Shown: positions 37,998-54,070 of the stretch, piece by piece
Layout: each line of letters starts with the position of its first letter
Position numbering within the stretch: the stretch's first letter is position 1
DNA from: Bigelowiella natans CCMP2755
Lineage: Eukaryota; Protista; Cercozoa
NCBI GenBank assembly: GCA_000320545.1
Contig: ADNK01001512.1
Span: 1-64,000 of the forward strand
Length of the DNA: 64,000 nucleotides
Direction of reading: 5' to 3'
Translations under genes and position numbers: made by a program
Notes under the pieces: model-generated
What the model was told of the DNA's origin: nothing
What the model saw: the letters and a program-made list of their open reading frames with translations, nothing else
Databases searched by the model: none

Positions 37998-38964
37998 ATG
38001 GATGATGAATTCGGGATTGTGATAGTGGATAACGCCAATAAAAAAGGAGAGCAGACGGCGCCAAAAGCATCGAGGACATCGATATCGGAACCTGCAGGAA
38101 CATGGTACGAAGGACCAACACCTCAGCAGGTTCGAAAGCGATACCGTGTACAGTTTCACGAAACGACAAAAGTAAGGGAATTCAAAAATGATGAATCAAT
38201 TCCCGCTCGACCAACTAGCACAACACAAGAAGCCACCCCGATTAAGGATCTAGATCCGATCGTTAAGAAACGAGACAATGACAGCATCAATATCGCACAA
38301 ATAGAATTTTCAAGGCCAGGTACACAAATTATCATCAGAATTCGAACTGTGATCTTAGTTGAGAAATTCTCTCTGCCTTTGTATTTCTCGATATTGTGTG
38401 CATGTAAGTTTTGGACAGGGCAACATATAATCGAACTTGGAAAACGATATTCAAATCGAAGCAAAAACAGTTTGGATTTAGGCTGCTACATGGCGAGAAT
38501 GTACATTACGTACTGGTAATAATTTCTGTGATACGAATAGCATTTATGTCAAGCCTGAATTTCTTCCAAGTTTTTCTCAACAACAATAGTGATTGTATGT
38601 TAAGAACGATCTCGTCATTAATCATAAGTAGTCATCTATTGCGTCCTCTACTACTACTACACAGGGCTCGAAGAAGTGCAAAACAGCATCAGGAAAATTC
38701 CTGTCTTCTATGCCTCAAGATATCAAAGATAGCAAGTTGTTGGTACCGATGAGATTAAAAGACTTGATGATCACAAAACGAGGAAGCACACTGTCTGAGT
38801 TACTTCGAATTAGCCCAAGAAATCTCACTTTCGAATCGTATTTAAACCCGATGATTCAGTACATCTACTTATCTCTGAGACCGGACGTAAGAATAAAGAC
38901 GGACCGAGAGTGGTACGAGCGAAGACTTGAATATCGATGGAACGTGCAGCATACGGCTCCTTAG
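37998..38964 (+). CDS. Hypothetical protein with RVxF (PP1-docking-like) motif
   Basis: ORF MDDEFGIV..RKRYRVQFHETTKVREFKNDE.., followed by GT-AG exons ending ..YRWNVQHTAP*. Start and internal phases are uncertain. Confidence 0.4.
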
Positions 38965-39344
38965 CAGCAACCAGAAGCAACGCAGATAAAAATAAATTTT
39001 AAAATTACATTAGCAATAATGGCGTACAATATGGGCTTCTGTCGCGAATTGGAATTTTATTTTAATCCAAAGAGAGAGAAAGGAAGCACCTTAATGATAA
39101 AAAACAATGGGTGACTCGTCAGAAGATGCAAAGCAATGAGCAGCATCGCCAGCATCATCATTGGCCCAGATCTTCATACTTTTCCTCGTTTCAATATTCC
39201 AGCACGTATAAACCAGACGCATTTATTCATTTTTGAATTTAAGTTGTGCATTGGATTCACTGCTCACGATTTGCATAAATTTATTGTGACATTGTGTATG
39301 TAGAGCATCTCAATTCAAAATTTTCATGCAGACATTCCAACATA

Positions 39345-39385
<41 letters not shown>

Positions 39386-39856
39386 GGGTGTGTGTGTGTG
39401 TGTGTGTATATATACATATATCGTAAAATTAACCCGTATGCGTGTCATAATGATCTTTGCGGATGATATAATGTCATGCTGGCGTGCATCACATTGCCGC
39501 AGTGTAGTATATCCTGAAGCAGCAATGCAAAATCATGATTGCAATATCGCTATATGTTAGCTAGCCTAATGTGCTATTTGCTGCGCCAACAACAAAAGGC
39601 GGATGCAGCACTAGAGCAGGACACCGCACGCTCTGATCTGGATGTGCGCACATGATGTTTGCCAGCGGTTGCATTGCATCGTGTTACTGCAATGGCCGGA
39701 TCACAAACATGCTATCATGGGACATGTTCGTCTAGCTAGCGATGATGCTTATGTGCATTACACAAACATGGCAGTGCTGCATGCGCAATCTAGCAATGCA
39801 CGACATGCTAGCATGCTATAGACCAAATCGCAATGCATTTTCATGCATGCAATACG

Positions 39857-39966
39857 TGACCAAGGAAACAAACAGACACATTTTAAGCGCTGTAGCCGCT
39901 GCACTGCACAGCTACATCAGGATGACCATTGAAAAAATTTAAACATTTCATTACATCCGTCTCACA
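39857..39966 (+). repeat. Short dispersed repeat family B, copy 2
   Basis: Aligns with 19986-20110. Confidence 0.7.
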
Positions 39967-40189
39967 TGTGCTACAGCTATTACGATTAAGACGAGAGATG
40001 CTACCAACAAAGTCATATTTTAACGTCAAGCTTACACAACGTAGCAGCGGCACGGCGGCGCGTGATTATTCGCTAATAAATCATAAATTTCATCGACATC
40101 GAATTTCGTTATCGCGATATGCAAAAACATAAGATAATTCGAATTCTAGTGCTGAAAAGCATACTGCTAGACTTACGCATAGGTCTTCG

Positions 40190-40739
40190 CTAGAATAATT
40201 TGAACAGCCTTTTCAGCTTTCTAACAAGCTCTCGATCTGCGTCACCAAGCTTCTCGCTGTAGTTTTCCTATTCGATCGAATTCGCACAGACACGCACGCA
40301 CGCATGCATGCACGCGCAATATCATAATAATTCAATATAATATCTATATTATATTTATATAAATGTGTGTGTCTGTGAGAGTGTGTTCTATTGTTTTTCG
40401 ATTCACATCACACGTTATTCGTTAAGTACGTAACAACAAATAACCATCATCCTACGCAACCTGAAGTGCATCCAAAGACCTCTGTGTCACTTTAGAAACC
40501 AACTGAAGGAGTAGGGTCAAAGTTGATAATAACCGATGATGACAATAATAACGTTCAATTTATGGTGGAGAAAAGGGAGGATTCGATACATTTCGAATAT
40601 CATAATGAAAAAGAGCGGGGAGAGACGATCAAATGAACGGACAACATTGTCACCTGGTTTTTATGGTCAAAGTGGCGTCCATAAAGTAAACTTCTATCAT
40701 TTGCGTGCTGTTCTACTCTGCAAATGTTGAAAATGACTC

Positions 40740-40778
<39 letters not shown>

Positions 40779-41272
40779 CAAATACATTCTGTCCTATCGT
40801 GTATTGAAATTCCTCCTCAGCAATTTCTTCATTGGGAGTTTTGATTGATCTCGATTGAAGCTTCTACTACTTCTCCTACTTTCTTCTTCTTCTTCTTCTT
40901 CTTCTTCTTCTTCTTCTGTGATTCGTGATTATTTACCTTATGCACACTTCCTGTCCTTTCTTCGCTTCCTACGAACAGATTATTGCATCCCACACACACA
41001 CACACACATACACAACACACAGACATCATATAGCACACAAAATATCCACTAAAAGCACGGGAATAAATACTTTTCCTTAATTCTCGTCGTATTGTGCAGG
41101 GGACTACTCAGTGCTACTCCAACCTGCTTTTCCTTATGGTCCATTTCAATCCCTGTCACTTTTCCAATCAAAACCTACCAAACAACCCCCAGCAAGACGA
41201 GCACAACAACAACGCCGACAACGACAAGTTTATTGTCGTTATTACCAAACTGTACAGTATTTGCAAGAAAAC

Positions 41273-41303
<31 letters not shown>

Positions 41304-41512
41304 TAGTACGTGCTCTGTTAGGCTCTTCAGTGCAACCAGCGGAGTCCCGACTTTTAACACGCCCTGGGGGAGGTTATTCACATCATATTCAATTGCTGTT
41401 ACGCTATATAACTACAACACATATTTAGAATATGTATGTGATGATGGAAAACAGTTTCAGATCAAGGTAAATATACGTATTACGTATAAATCGATAAGAG
41501 CAATGTAAAAGT

Positions 41513-41577
<65 letters not shown>

Positions 41578-41967
41578 GGCTCTGTTGCAGTTTTATATTA
41601 GTACACCAAACAAAGTTGCAGCAGATAGTAGTAGTAGTAGTAGTAGTAGTAGTACCTCTACAACTAGCACGCCCATCAATAGGGGAGACTTCTTACAAAA
41701 TACGCAGTTTGGTAGAATGTCTACCACGGCTAACAACAAGACACATCATTATCATTTTTACAATCACCATCAGATTGCATTACCAAAATGTATTGATTTA
41801 TAACATTAAAAGCCGAAGTATATGCTACTAGTTTATAGGCAAACACGTACATGCACGCACCTGGGAAGACGACATCCTGTTCCACCTTCTTGCGTTGTAA
41901 TTCTTTGAAATCTTCCACGTGCTTACGAAATCTGAGGGATCATTCAACATAAATCCCCCCCCCCCCA

Positions 41968-42000
<33 letters not shown>

Positions 42001-42459
42001 AACACAAGAACACACAAACAGATACATGTGCAGAGACTTCATCATTTTAAGTAGTTTATGTTTGCTGTTGATTTGCTTCTGCTCTCCAACTGAATGGGGT
42101 TATTCTTTATAAGGATTTTTATTCGTTTATTGGTGTTTCCTCTCCCTTCTTACTTGTCCAAAAGGTGGTAGATGATATCGCCAAGAAAGATCGGAATATC
42201 ACTGCTCTCAGCTTATTTCGCAACACACCATACCGAGATAATTTTAACATTGAATAATACGGCTGATCTAAAACAGCGACAAGCGAATACTAAATATAAC
42301 CAACATTTATTGCATATATTCTTGTACTACTACTACTACTACTGCTGCTGCTGCTACTACTACCACTACTACCTAGAGATAGCGCGTCGGGTGTGACTTT
42401 GACATCGAAGCCTAGTATAACCCGCTTGTGAGGCCTAACGGCACACACAATATATATAT

Positions 42460-42506
<47 letters not shown>

Positions 42507-42998
42507 ATAACGATATAACGATGCCCGCTATAATAGAAGGATTTTTGCCATCAACATCATCATCATCATAATCATCATCCCCCCTCCTCTCTTCCGCCAT
42601 CAATGAATGATTCTATCCGTTATTACTCCTTGTATTTGCTGAACAATGAGTTGGCTTTGATCACGTCTTTCTTGCCTAATAGCATTAGGATGATGAGGAC
42701 AAATAGCTGTTCCTCCTCCTCCTCTCTATTGTTATTCGTGTCATGCCATTTAAAGGAGTGACGGTACTACAGATATGCCGAAGGATTATTGACGGAATTT
42801 ACATCGAGGCAAGAATAAAAACACACACATACACACACACACACATGCACACACACGCACGCACAAACATGCACAAACATATATTTACTGCACATTATCT
42901 TGCTGCTACCTATTGGTCCTATGTTTGCAGTGCTTACTGGGACATTCGAAGAGTTAAAAAATGACAAAAGAGCTTCCAAAGAGCCCAATGTGCTGTCA

Positions 42999-43035
<37 letters not shown>

Positions 43036-43435
43036 TATGCGATTTACATATCGTCCCGTCGTAATTTAGGTAGGAATTCTGTGTGTCAAGAGATGTTCCA
43101 ATACCTTGCATGCACGCAAACCCCCTCTGATTTCTGTCCAACACATATATCAATCGGTTTTGTGATTGATAGTATAAGCTGAGTCTATAATCTCATCAGC
43201 CGTGTACAACTCATAATATAATAATAATTATAATAATACATGCTCGCAAGATCGGAAATACGAGTCAGAAGTGCAATGATAGTGGGGAACAACTGAATAT
43301 TCGTTCGGCACCATTTACACCACCAAAGCGCATATATGCCCTCCTCTCTCACACACATAATATGTGCATTGTGATGATGATACCGCAGACCTTATTCACT
43401 TTGTTCAGAATAGATTTCAACTCAGACTTAGGATT

Positions 43436-43509
<74 letters not shown>

Positions 43510-43716
43510 AGAGAGAGAAGGATGAGGGAGGAGGTGGGGCTGTCATGAGGAACCAAAAGACATGCATTACCTAGCTCTAAAATATCCTAATTTATTTGCC
43601 ATGTTGGAATTTAGAAAAAGTAGGATATAAGAAAGATGATGGTGTTTTAAAGTACAGAAGCAGGTACTGTGTTTTGGTAATCCGACGATATCTTCTTATG
43701 TCAAATGCCCTCCCTA

Positions 43717-43753
<37 letters not shown>

Positions 43754-44207
43754 GACAACAAGCAGACGATTAGTGAACAGTAGATAGCAACCTGTACAGT
43801 CCTCTTGGCGTCTTCAATTTCCTCCTCGTTATCCTTGTTTACAACAAGTAATGTTGTACCAGCGACGGCATCTTCCAAACCTGTATAATAATACACAATT
43901 ATCGTATCAGGCTAAGATAACGTCACCATCTTGCTTCCAAGATCAGTGTTGTGATTCTGAGAAATAGTAAAATCGAAGGTTATGCCTTCTTTGTACTAGC
44001 TTTTGTTTCAGCAAGGAGTGTCACGATCATCATGATCATCATCAACATCATTATCATTATCATCAGCCAGAATGCGTGAGTACGATACATATTGAAGCTT
44101 AATACCTGCAGCAGCTATACGTATCCCTGCGCTTGCATAAATTACCTAATCAAAGGAGGAGGAGGAGGAGGAGGAGGAGGAGGAGGAAGAGGACATTATA
44201 TAAGACT

Positions 44208-44241
<34 letters not shown>

Positions 44242-44592
44242 GGGGGGGGATAATGAGTAGTAGTGGTAGTAATAGCTGGCATTCTACTGTGGACTATATC
44301 ACCTCTTTCTCCTGATAGTCATTATGAACCCGTGATTCTCTCAGTGGCTTGGGAAGCATCAACACCCCTTTTCAATCAACAATCAATCATACGATGAACG
44401 AAGGGAGACCGATTCCAAACAACTCAAAATCCCCCACGTGGTAGTAGTTGTTGTAATAGTAGTCTATGTCCTTTCTATGTCGTAGCTGCAGGCAATATCG
44501 GATTTTAATATGTTACAAATGATTGTTGTGGTAGTTGCAGTATGGGAATAATGACACCATAATCTTAGCAACGACTGAGTTCTTGCATGCGA

Positions 44593-44631
<39 letters not shown>

Positions 44632-44800
44632 ATATATATGACGCCCCAAGATCGAACCACCGCGTCAATAAAGACGCAATGTATCATTCATCCTTCTTCT
44701 TCTTCTCTTCTCTTGGTTGATTGAAGCTTTACTTATTGGTGTCAAAATAGGGCCGCCTAACCCGCAGATACATATCGTGTCCCCCTGGAAAACCAATACT

Positions 44801-44834
<34 letters not shown>

Positions 44835-45519
44835 CCGTCATCATCAGTACAGTACTGTACTGATTCTCTTGGTTTGGTGTATACGTGTGTATGTGTGTGT
44901 GCGTGTGTGTGTGTGTGTGTGCACGAGACTGGCACATAAGCACACACACACACACACACACACACGCGCACACGCGCAAACGTGATACACGAAGTGTTGC
45001 TTTTATAGCTCACTTTAGCAAGTTTTCCGTTTACGAGAATAACGTCAATTGTAGACCCCAAACCTTCGGACTAATAAAAGATAATGATGTTGATGATGAT
45101 TAATAACAAAGACAACTAAGAGCAGTCTATTTAGCACCAACGTAATAGGAGCATCCGACGTAGCGACCCCCCTCTCCCCCCTAGCAGATGTCTCTTTTCT
45201 TCTCACCTTTTTGACGTCCAGAATCGAACATTCCAATTGAGATTTCAACCTGGAAAGAGAAAAAATAGACTGATAAGGAGGAGGAGGAGGAGTGATAATT
45301 GATATTATTGTACTTTAGAAGAGCGATGGCACTGTTAGTTGGGTGGTGATGGTGATCACTACTACTACTACTATTATTACTACTACTATTACTACTACTA
45401 CCCTATCCTCCGAGCTTGGTACTTTTGTGTCAGCTGCATCAGGAGCATCATCAAGTCGCACACACCTGCAATGATAAAAATAGTGAGAATTCGTATTTAT
45501 GGACAAAAGGTTGCATTTG

Positions 45520-45550
<31 letters not shown>

Positions 45551-45688
45551 GGAGAATAATTACCCTCTCCAGTTATTGCGGAGATAGGCACGATCGATAT
45601 ATACCTATCATCGTCATAGAGACATAATAATGATAAAGCAACAGACTTTCAACCAACGATAGGCATCTTTATCTCACCTCCTCCCCTC

Positions 45689-45729
<41 letters not shown>

Positions 45730-45793
45730 TCTCTTTCTATACGTGTGTGTGTGTTTGCGTGTATATGTCTACGTGCAAAGACACACACCAACA

Positions 45794-45829
<36 letters not shown>

Positions 45830-45933
45830 ACACACACCACCAAGTATATTTATATGCAAAAAATGATAGCATGCAACTTGCATATGAAGTATTTGTGTCC
45901 ATACACTCTAAACAACCCCCCACAACTACACAC

Positions 45934-45966
<33 letters not shown>

Positions 45967-47747
45967 TCTAAAATCCTTGTTTTTGAAATACAGAGCAGTA
46001 TTAAGTCCGGCCTCTAAAAAGCACATATTACATGCCCTTGATTATTAACACGTATGAACCTCTCCATTCCACACATATATGGTTATCGAATTCAGATATG
46101 TGATCAAGCACGTATATGTGGGTTGTTATCATTTGTCGGCATATCTGCTATACACAGCAGCAGCATATAATCATCAATCAAGGAGTGCTAATCCTACCGC
46201 ACGTAAGGGCGCTAATCGTTTCATCAATGCGAGATTGCAATTCGTGACTGGTCTCCTCGTCTTGCAATGCCATGCTTTCCCTGCTCAATTGAGAGAGGAG
46301 TGAGGGAGAAAGACCTTGTTGTTCGTAGTTTGTCGCACACAGACACACACACACAAACACACACACACACGTGCGACAAGAGAATGCTCGCCGCCAAGCA
46401 CACCTGACTGGTGCATCCTCCACGCTTTTCCATTTATAGCAGCGATCTAATAGAAAGAAAGTAGAGCGTAAATGTATTCAAATAGTTGCAGTCCCTTTCC
46501 CATATGAAATACATGCAAGAGACCCGAGCACACACCATCAAAGAGTTTGCTTATGAGCACATCATAATCACCATCATCACCATTTTGTAAAGGCATTTCA
46601 ATGCTGCTTATGATCTCTACCTATTTTGTTCAATGCAATGATGAATGGAGTCTTCTTGGCCTTTAGCAAGTTTATACTCTCGATCGTCTGTGGCTCAAGC
46701 CTTATCAACACAAAATGACAAAAACCTCAAACGAGGATTACAGTGTTGTACCTCAAAATTTTAGCATCTGCCGAAAATTATGCAAAAAAACTGTGCGAGC
46801 TACAAGCTAATGCTGCTGCTATATTTTAATGACAAACAACCCGTGCATGATGTCGATCACCAGCACCGCAATGTCGCATAGATTAGAGCCCTGATGTATT
46901 CATGTGCAAAATAGCACACGCGGAGAAAAAAGAAGACCATGAAACATAAAATGCATTTATTTGCACATAACAGTTCATTTGGAGTAGTAATAATTACAAT
47001 GTATCATCCACGATGCATACGTGATTAGAGTTATTATGTACCCGCACTCTGAGGTTTGTGAAGCTCTCGTGGCCTGCAACACCACCATCCACAAGTGTGA
47101 GTTAAATGCGTCTCTCTATATAGCATATATGTACGTGCGTGCGTACGTGCTATTATATGGCCTTTTTATTTATATTTGAGTTCATGACGGTTTCTCAGAT
47201 CATTTTCTCGATGATAAGTAGTACATTTCCGTGCGGAATACGATGATATGATACACGTGTGTTGATACTACTCCTCCTCCTTCCCCTCCCCCTCCTCTAT
47301 GTGTGAAGAACATCCAAACTCCCACCGGGTGTATCGATAACAAGCAACCCAGGTATTTTGGAGGGCTGTGTCTGGTAAACGATGAAAGAAGCATAAGCTC
47401 GTATATAAACCATATTGTGATGATAATGATGATGATAAAAAGAAGCAGGCATGTGTGAGTATATGATCACAAGCTTGAAAGATGCAAGGGGGGTGACGGT
47501 GCAGCAATCAAAGAAAGAAAGAGAAATAGTAACACAACCTGATTCAAAGCTTGGTATAGGGTTTTTGTCCTTGAGTTGAGGACCTTCATAATTATTATTA
47601 CTGTTATTATCAATAATATTATGACAATAATGGATTCAAGACGTAGCCTGGTTTTGTAGCAGCACCTCTAGCGGGAAAAACGTAGCCCCTATTTGCTGGG
47701 TAATTCCTCCAGCCTCATGGTCCTATAATGAGAGCAATTGTAGGAGT

Positions 47748-47784
<37 letters not shown>

Positions 47785-49881
47785 ATGTCAAGAAAAAGAA
47801 GATGGAGAAAGCATCAAGTGAGACGACGATTGAAAACGGCAAATGAATAAGGATACGATGAAGCCGACCACACGTTATAATAGAGGTCCAGGCAGTAGAT
47901 GTGGTGGCGTGTCCGCTACTGCAGCACGCACGCACACACGCACACACGCACACACGCACACAAACCTGTATCCTTGTTCTTCGCATTCGATCAAGAAGCT
48001 TTGTCTTCCCGGTATCAACGTGACCCATCACGCAGCATATTGGAGATCGCAGATTATGCTCTTGTTGGGGGAGGGTGGTGGCTGAGGAAGCTGAAGGGGA
48101 ACCATCAATTGCCTTCTTCCCTCTCTCACCTCCCCCTCCACCTCCTCGCATTCTCATCATCATCGTCGTTGCAGAAGGAACAGCGGAGGTGGTTATCCCG
48201 TCCTCACCCCGTCCTTCTGCTTCTCTTTTAGCAATATCTCCTCCTCCTCCTCGTCGCTGCTGCTGCCGTCGCACGTTGTCTAATCTCTGCCGTCTTTGTT
48301 CTCTTAAGTCATGGAGGGGATCCATGTTCTTCTGCATTGCCTCTGCAAAGCTCTTCTTACGTTTGATCTCTACTTGAGGCCTTCGTCCCATAAACAAGTC
48401 GTATCTATCTGCCACTAGCTTCTTCCATAGATCTAGCTGTTGAACGTAAGACCGCCCAAGCTGTGCATTGAAGAAGAATTTTGAGAGGATGGTGAGAGAT
48501 GATGAGAGATGATGAAAGAAAACACAATTGTAGTCGTAGTGTAGTCATAGTAATAATAGTAGTCGCACCAAGGTTTGTGGAGGATTTCCTACGCCTATGA
48601 TGATATCGCCCTGCAACAACAACAATAACAACAACAACAACAACAATACATCATCATCGTCATCATTTTGTGCTGTACCACCATAACATTCGAGAACTCT
48701 TCAACTGCAAATAGCTTGATCACAAGGACGGACAAACGATGGTTGCTGATGCTGCATGTAAGTATGCACCTCCTTAATATTATCCTGCCCTGGTACCCTA
48801 TGGACCTTCGTGACCTACACGGTACAGAGAATAAACACAGAGAACAAAAATAGCAAACATACAATCAGCAGAGAAGTCGTATCGAAACGACATGAAAGTA
48901 TTTGTTGGTTGTGAATAATACTGTTATGGTTCATTTTGGCTGCTAATCTAGTCTTAGTGCTGCGGTACTACAATAACTCACCTCCCATCCCATGGGCTTG
49001 CGATTTAGCGTGGAATGACGGCAGAGCAACACACGAAATAAGACCAATTAACACCAAAGAAGAAGTAGTATCAGGGGTACTAGGCTTTTTATAACGACTT
49101 CTTCATTCTTGCTATTGTTTGATTATTATGCCCCTCTTCCTTTCCATCCCCCCCCCCCCCCCCCTCTTTCTCTTTCTAACTGATGCCTTTGATGAGTTCA
49201 TCATCGTGGATATTACGACCACCATCTACTAGAATCTACGAAACAACTCGAATATATGGTTGTATAGGCGTGTGTGTCATGAAATGTTTAGCGCGATGAT
49301 ATTTCCATCAATGCTGCATAGAATGTACTGCTCATTCACCCACCCCCCAACTGAAGTCCAAGCCTGCTTTTGTATCCGGCGTTAAATTGAGCTCTACCAT
49401 CTGAGAGAGTAGGGAACAAACGTGTAGTAATCACTGTTATTAGTACCATGGCGTGGGTTGGGAGCTTTCATCGCTCCGATAAAACGAATGTGCTTCTACT
49501 ATTACTTCTACTACTACTACTACTACCAAAATACTGACCACATACATAAATACGGAGCAGCAGTAGCCGTAGTGTGAAAAGTAATCTTACTCACCAAATA
49601 GTCCATTTCATCATCACTATTTTCCTCAGGTAGTTCCCGTATATGTTGTACTCCTTCCGCCTAATGGTTGTTGGACAACATCTGCATTATGCTCACAGGA
49701 ATCAATCAAGTCTCCGTAGCCATTGCATCATCAATAATCATTTGCTTATAAACGTGGAGAATCAATCGGTGTAGTATTCGTGAGGAGGCGGTTGTAGATT
49801 CGACTAACGTTGGAATGTAGTATTGATGTATTCTTTATTTGTTCAATATTCATGTTATTCCAAATAAAGGTCACGGCCTCT

Positions 49882-49952
<71 letters not shown>

Positions 49953-50458
49953 ACAGACAGACAAACACACACCTGTGGTAGGTGCATCATGTTGGCCTTC
50001 AATTGCCTAAGATATAATAGCAACAACAACAAAAACAACAACAACAACAATAATAATAATAATAATAATAATGATAATAACATATAAGCGCCTTTTCCCT
50101 TCTAATCCTCTTTCTCCTTCTCCTTCTATCTCTCTCCGCTCATATTCCTTGCGAAAGGCAGAGAATCAAGCAGCACTGGACGGATATGTGTTGGATTTGG
50201 TGGCGGTGTTATTGTAATTGTTGTTCATAATGATGGTGGTCATATATGTCAATCAACTCACAGTCGTAGGGCTTTAGATTTTGCTTTCTCCTTTTTCGTA
50301 AAAGGATCATAATCGTTCCATCGCTTTAACATCTATTATTCAACGAATGAATAAATACATACATATACATGGTATGAACGACACTTGTCAACACCTCATT
50401 TCTTTTTTGCAAAGCCTCTTCCTTCCTTCCTGCACGTATTTTGGCCAGCTGGGGGTAG

Positions 50459-50498
<40 letters not shown>

Positions 50499-51123
50499 CA
50501 TAATTGTAAATACTCGATAATGTAAGTCGTTATGCGCATATAATACGTCGGTAAGATACTGCCGTATTGCACATTTCATCCTCACCATCACCACCATGAC
50601 CGTCACGACAATTTTAAAGCCCAAACCACCTGCTCTTTGATAGGTCTCTTCGGCACAACAGTCCCCATCACCGTGATGTACTCGATAAGCTTACGCTCCT
50701 AGGATATAGTGATGGTGATGAGAAAGAAGAATAGCAAGAACAAGACACATCAGGAGGCTGTTGGAGAGGGGTCAGGGGCGATCAAAGTAGTATAACAGTC
50801 TCATATATAGTAGAACCTCTGCAGTAGGCACATCGGGATCCTCCCCCAAATCGTCGTCTCTGTGTAATATGAAAAAATAAATGGGGAGGAGACAGGGAGG
50901 AAGTTACACTCATCAACCGCGCGTGCATGCAAGCAACATCATAGAGGGCTATAGCGCATTGAGGAGGGGAGGTAGGCTTATTAGAGCAAGAGGAGCTCTT
51001 CAAGACGACTTATCGGCCGATGATGATGTGACGATGATGACAGCAACAACGAATCTCCGAGGAGGTAGCGAATAAGAAGAGGAGTGCGTTGTTGCATGTC
51101 CACACACACGCACACACACGCAC

Positions 51124-51159
<36 letters not shown>

Positions 51160-51346
51160 TACATATGCATATAAAAGGTAATAAATTTATATATTTAGGT
51201 ACGTGCGAGCGTATAAATAAGAGTGAAGCTGTTAATTAACACCCATCATCCTCATCTTCGGGCAGCTTTGAAATGAAAGCTTCTAACTCCTCAGGCCCTA
51301 ATGGAAAACACAGAGGAGGGTTAAGGCTTATTACCTTCTTCGTCAT

Positions 51347-51397
<51 letters not shown>

Positions 51398-51727
51398 CGA
51401 TCGAGATTTCATAAAACAATGCAACTACCAGGTGACTTGTGGACGGCATCTTCATTGACGCCACTATGCGACGTTTTCCCTCCTTGTGATGGCCTGAAAC
51501 GAGCAATGATGAAATCAGCAGACTTGGTTGATCAATATAGGATGATGATTACTTGGCGACCCACACATTATTCGTATTGCTTCTTATAGTATATAATAAT
51601 GTGAGGAGAGAAGTTGTTATTTTCTTCCTCTACTACCTGTGAGTTAGACGCTCGAAGATTGATAACGGGGCATTGTCATCATCCCTATCATAACAGCACC
51701 AGCACCACCAGCACCACCACCATGGTT

Positions 51728-51758
<31 letters not shown>

Positions 51759-53401
51759 CGATGGTGATGATGTGTGTAATATCACATAGTAGTAACGAAA
51801 GGTAGGTTGTTGGTTGCAAAGAAACCCTTCTCCATTTTCCAACGCTCACACGTCTACTTCAAGCTTTTATCTTTGAATATTCTACTCGTTGTTCTTATTG
51901 CTGGTCTTACACGTTTTTCTTCTCCTGCAAACAAAGGACATGTAGTACCGTATATTCATCGTCGCGTTATAATCATCACTCGCTTCTGCTCCTTCCTCAT
52001 CACCGGGGACAATGCCTGGCAATGCATCGTCTCCCTTTCCTGGAGGGAACTTCTGCTGATCTTCCGCCTCAAATTCTCGCTGCTCAATCTCGTCATCGTC
52101 GAGACGTTTCGTGATCTTGTTGAAAATCCCCTCTGCAGCCTCAAATCCTGGATCTGGTCCTGCATGGTATTGTACTCAAACGAAAGTAGTAGACTGAACA
52201 TTGGGAGTGGACGTAACTCTCTGCCAGCAGCATCACTTCCAATACAATATCTACTATTAGTACTACTATTATACCTGCCATGTCCGGCCTTTGGGATAAC
52301 GCGAGCTCTTTTTCCTCCTGAATCACCTCTTCTCTGTAGCGCCTCAACGACATATCTTCCTCCAGAAACTGATATAGTGATGATGATGATGATGGTGATG
52401 ACAGCGACATCAGATGATGGGTACTTGCGAAATAGGCTGCAAAATATTTGACTATGATAAAACATCCAAAGTCAATGGTGGAACAACACGCCAAACATAG
52501 ATCATATAAGATACTTCGCCTCACGCGCCGGTTTTTTCTATTTCTCTTTTATTTCCTTTCTCTCCCTCTTTCTTTCGCTCTATAAACAAATGGGGTCTTT
52601 CCCCCTCTCAGATATTCGTGATCATGCAAGGCTATCATAGGAAGAAATAAATACTCTACCTCATCCTCTTCATGAAGAAACTTCTTCTCCATTCCCATAT
52701 TTTCGATATACTGCAGCAGCCGCAGGAGTAAAAAGTAAGAGGGGGGTAGTTTAATCAGCACATATTGCAGTACTATTTCTATTTCAGCACTTGACTGTCT
52801 AGAATGCAACGATTGGAAAGAGAAACCTTGGGGATGATGATGATGATGATAATGATGATGTCATTTTTTGAATCGTATTAACAACGTAAAGGTTTTGATT
52901 AAAAACAACTCGTGAATGTAAGAATGGATTCCTATTATTCTGCGTTGTTCGTCGTTCATACGTCATTTCTTCTCTTCTTCCTCGCAAGATAGTCTTTCAC
53001 GCCCTGTGGCAGCCCTTCCACCTTAGAATTCGATGTATGATAAAGACACCACCGTCACTACTGGTGAGGACAGTTGTAACTAGATTTCTTAGAAGGAAGA
53101 AGTACAAGAAGAAGAAGAAGAAGAAGAAGAAGAAGAAGATAGTCGCCGTTGTCCTCTGCTGATCAATTCTCTTTGCTCCCCCCTCCTTCCCCCCTCCTAC
53201 CTCGCCAGTATCAGCGTTATATCGAAGCTCTTCAGCCTTTCTCTGCTTTAAGAACTCCTGAGCAGCAGCAGTAGGATCAACAAAGCATCATCATCATCAT
53301 CATCATCATTTGGACCATAATCCTATTGATAGGACATCTAATTCTTCCTTCCTTTGTTCTCATGGGGCAGCGGCGTGCATGTTTGTTTGTTGTGTGTAGG
53401 G

Positions 53402-53446
<45 letters not shown>

Positions 53447-54035
53447 CAATCGCAGTAGTGGCAAGCATGCTAAAGACATAATTCGCAGTTGTAGAATGTA
53501 TCATATCAGGATACTGCCTCCTCCTCTTCCTCCTCATTTATCGTTCTTTCCTACCTACCTACCGGCAGCTAACAACTATGGGGGGTTGGTGATGATGATG
53601 ATATCCGCTGACAACTAGACAGACGAGAAATAGTCGTTATTACTATTTATCATCAACACCTCTAAGGTCATGTTTTTAGAAGATTGATTTGGGTCATCAT
53701 GATGATCCTCCATTCCTAGAAAAGCCTTACACTCTTCAAGAGGGACAATATCCTCTGACAAATCAAACAAACGAACAGCACCACACATCTCATTTACAAT
53801 TAACAATACCCAACTCTCTCTCTCTCTCACACACACACAAACATGAACGTACAAGCTTATACTACAATTGCATCATTTACCTCTCCTTACGCGCTCACGG
53901 AAGAAAGACGACACAAGGTCCTCAGAAGCAGCGGGGTATGCTCCCGCCATCATTTTCTCCAGCAGATTGAAAAAAATGCTATACGTTCCATCTGGACGGA
54001 TGGTGATAATGATGATTATTGACTCGCCGCCATCA

Positions 54036-54070
<35 letters not shown>

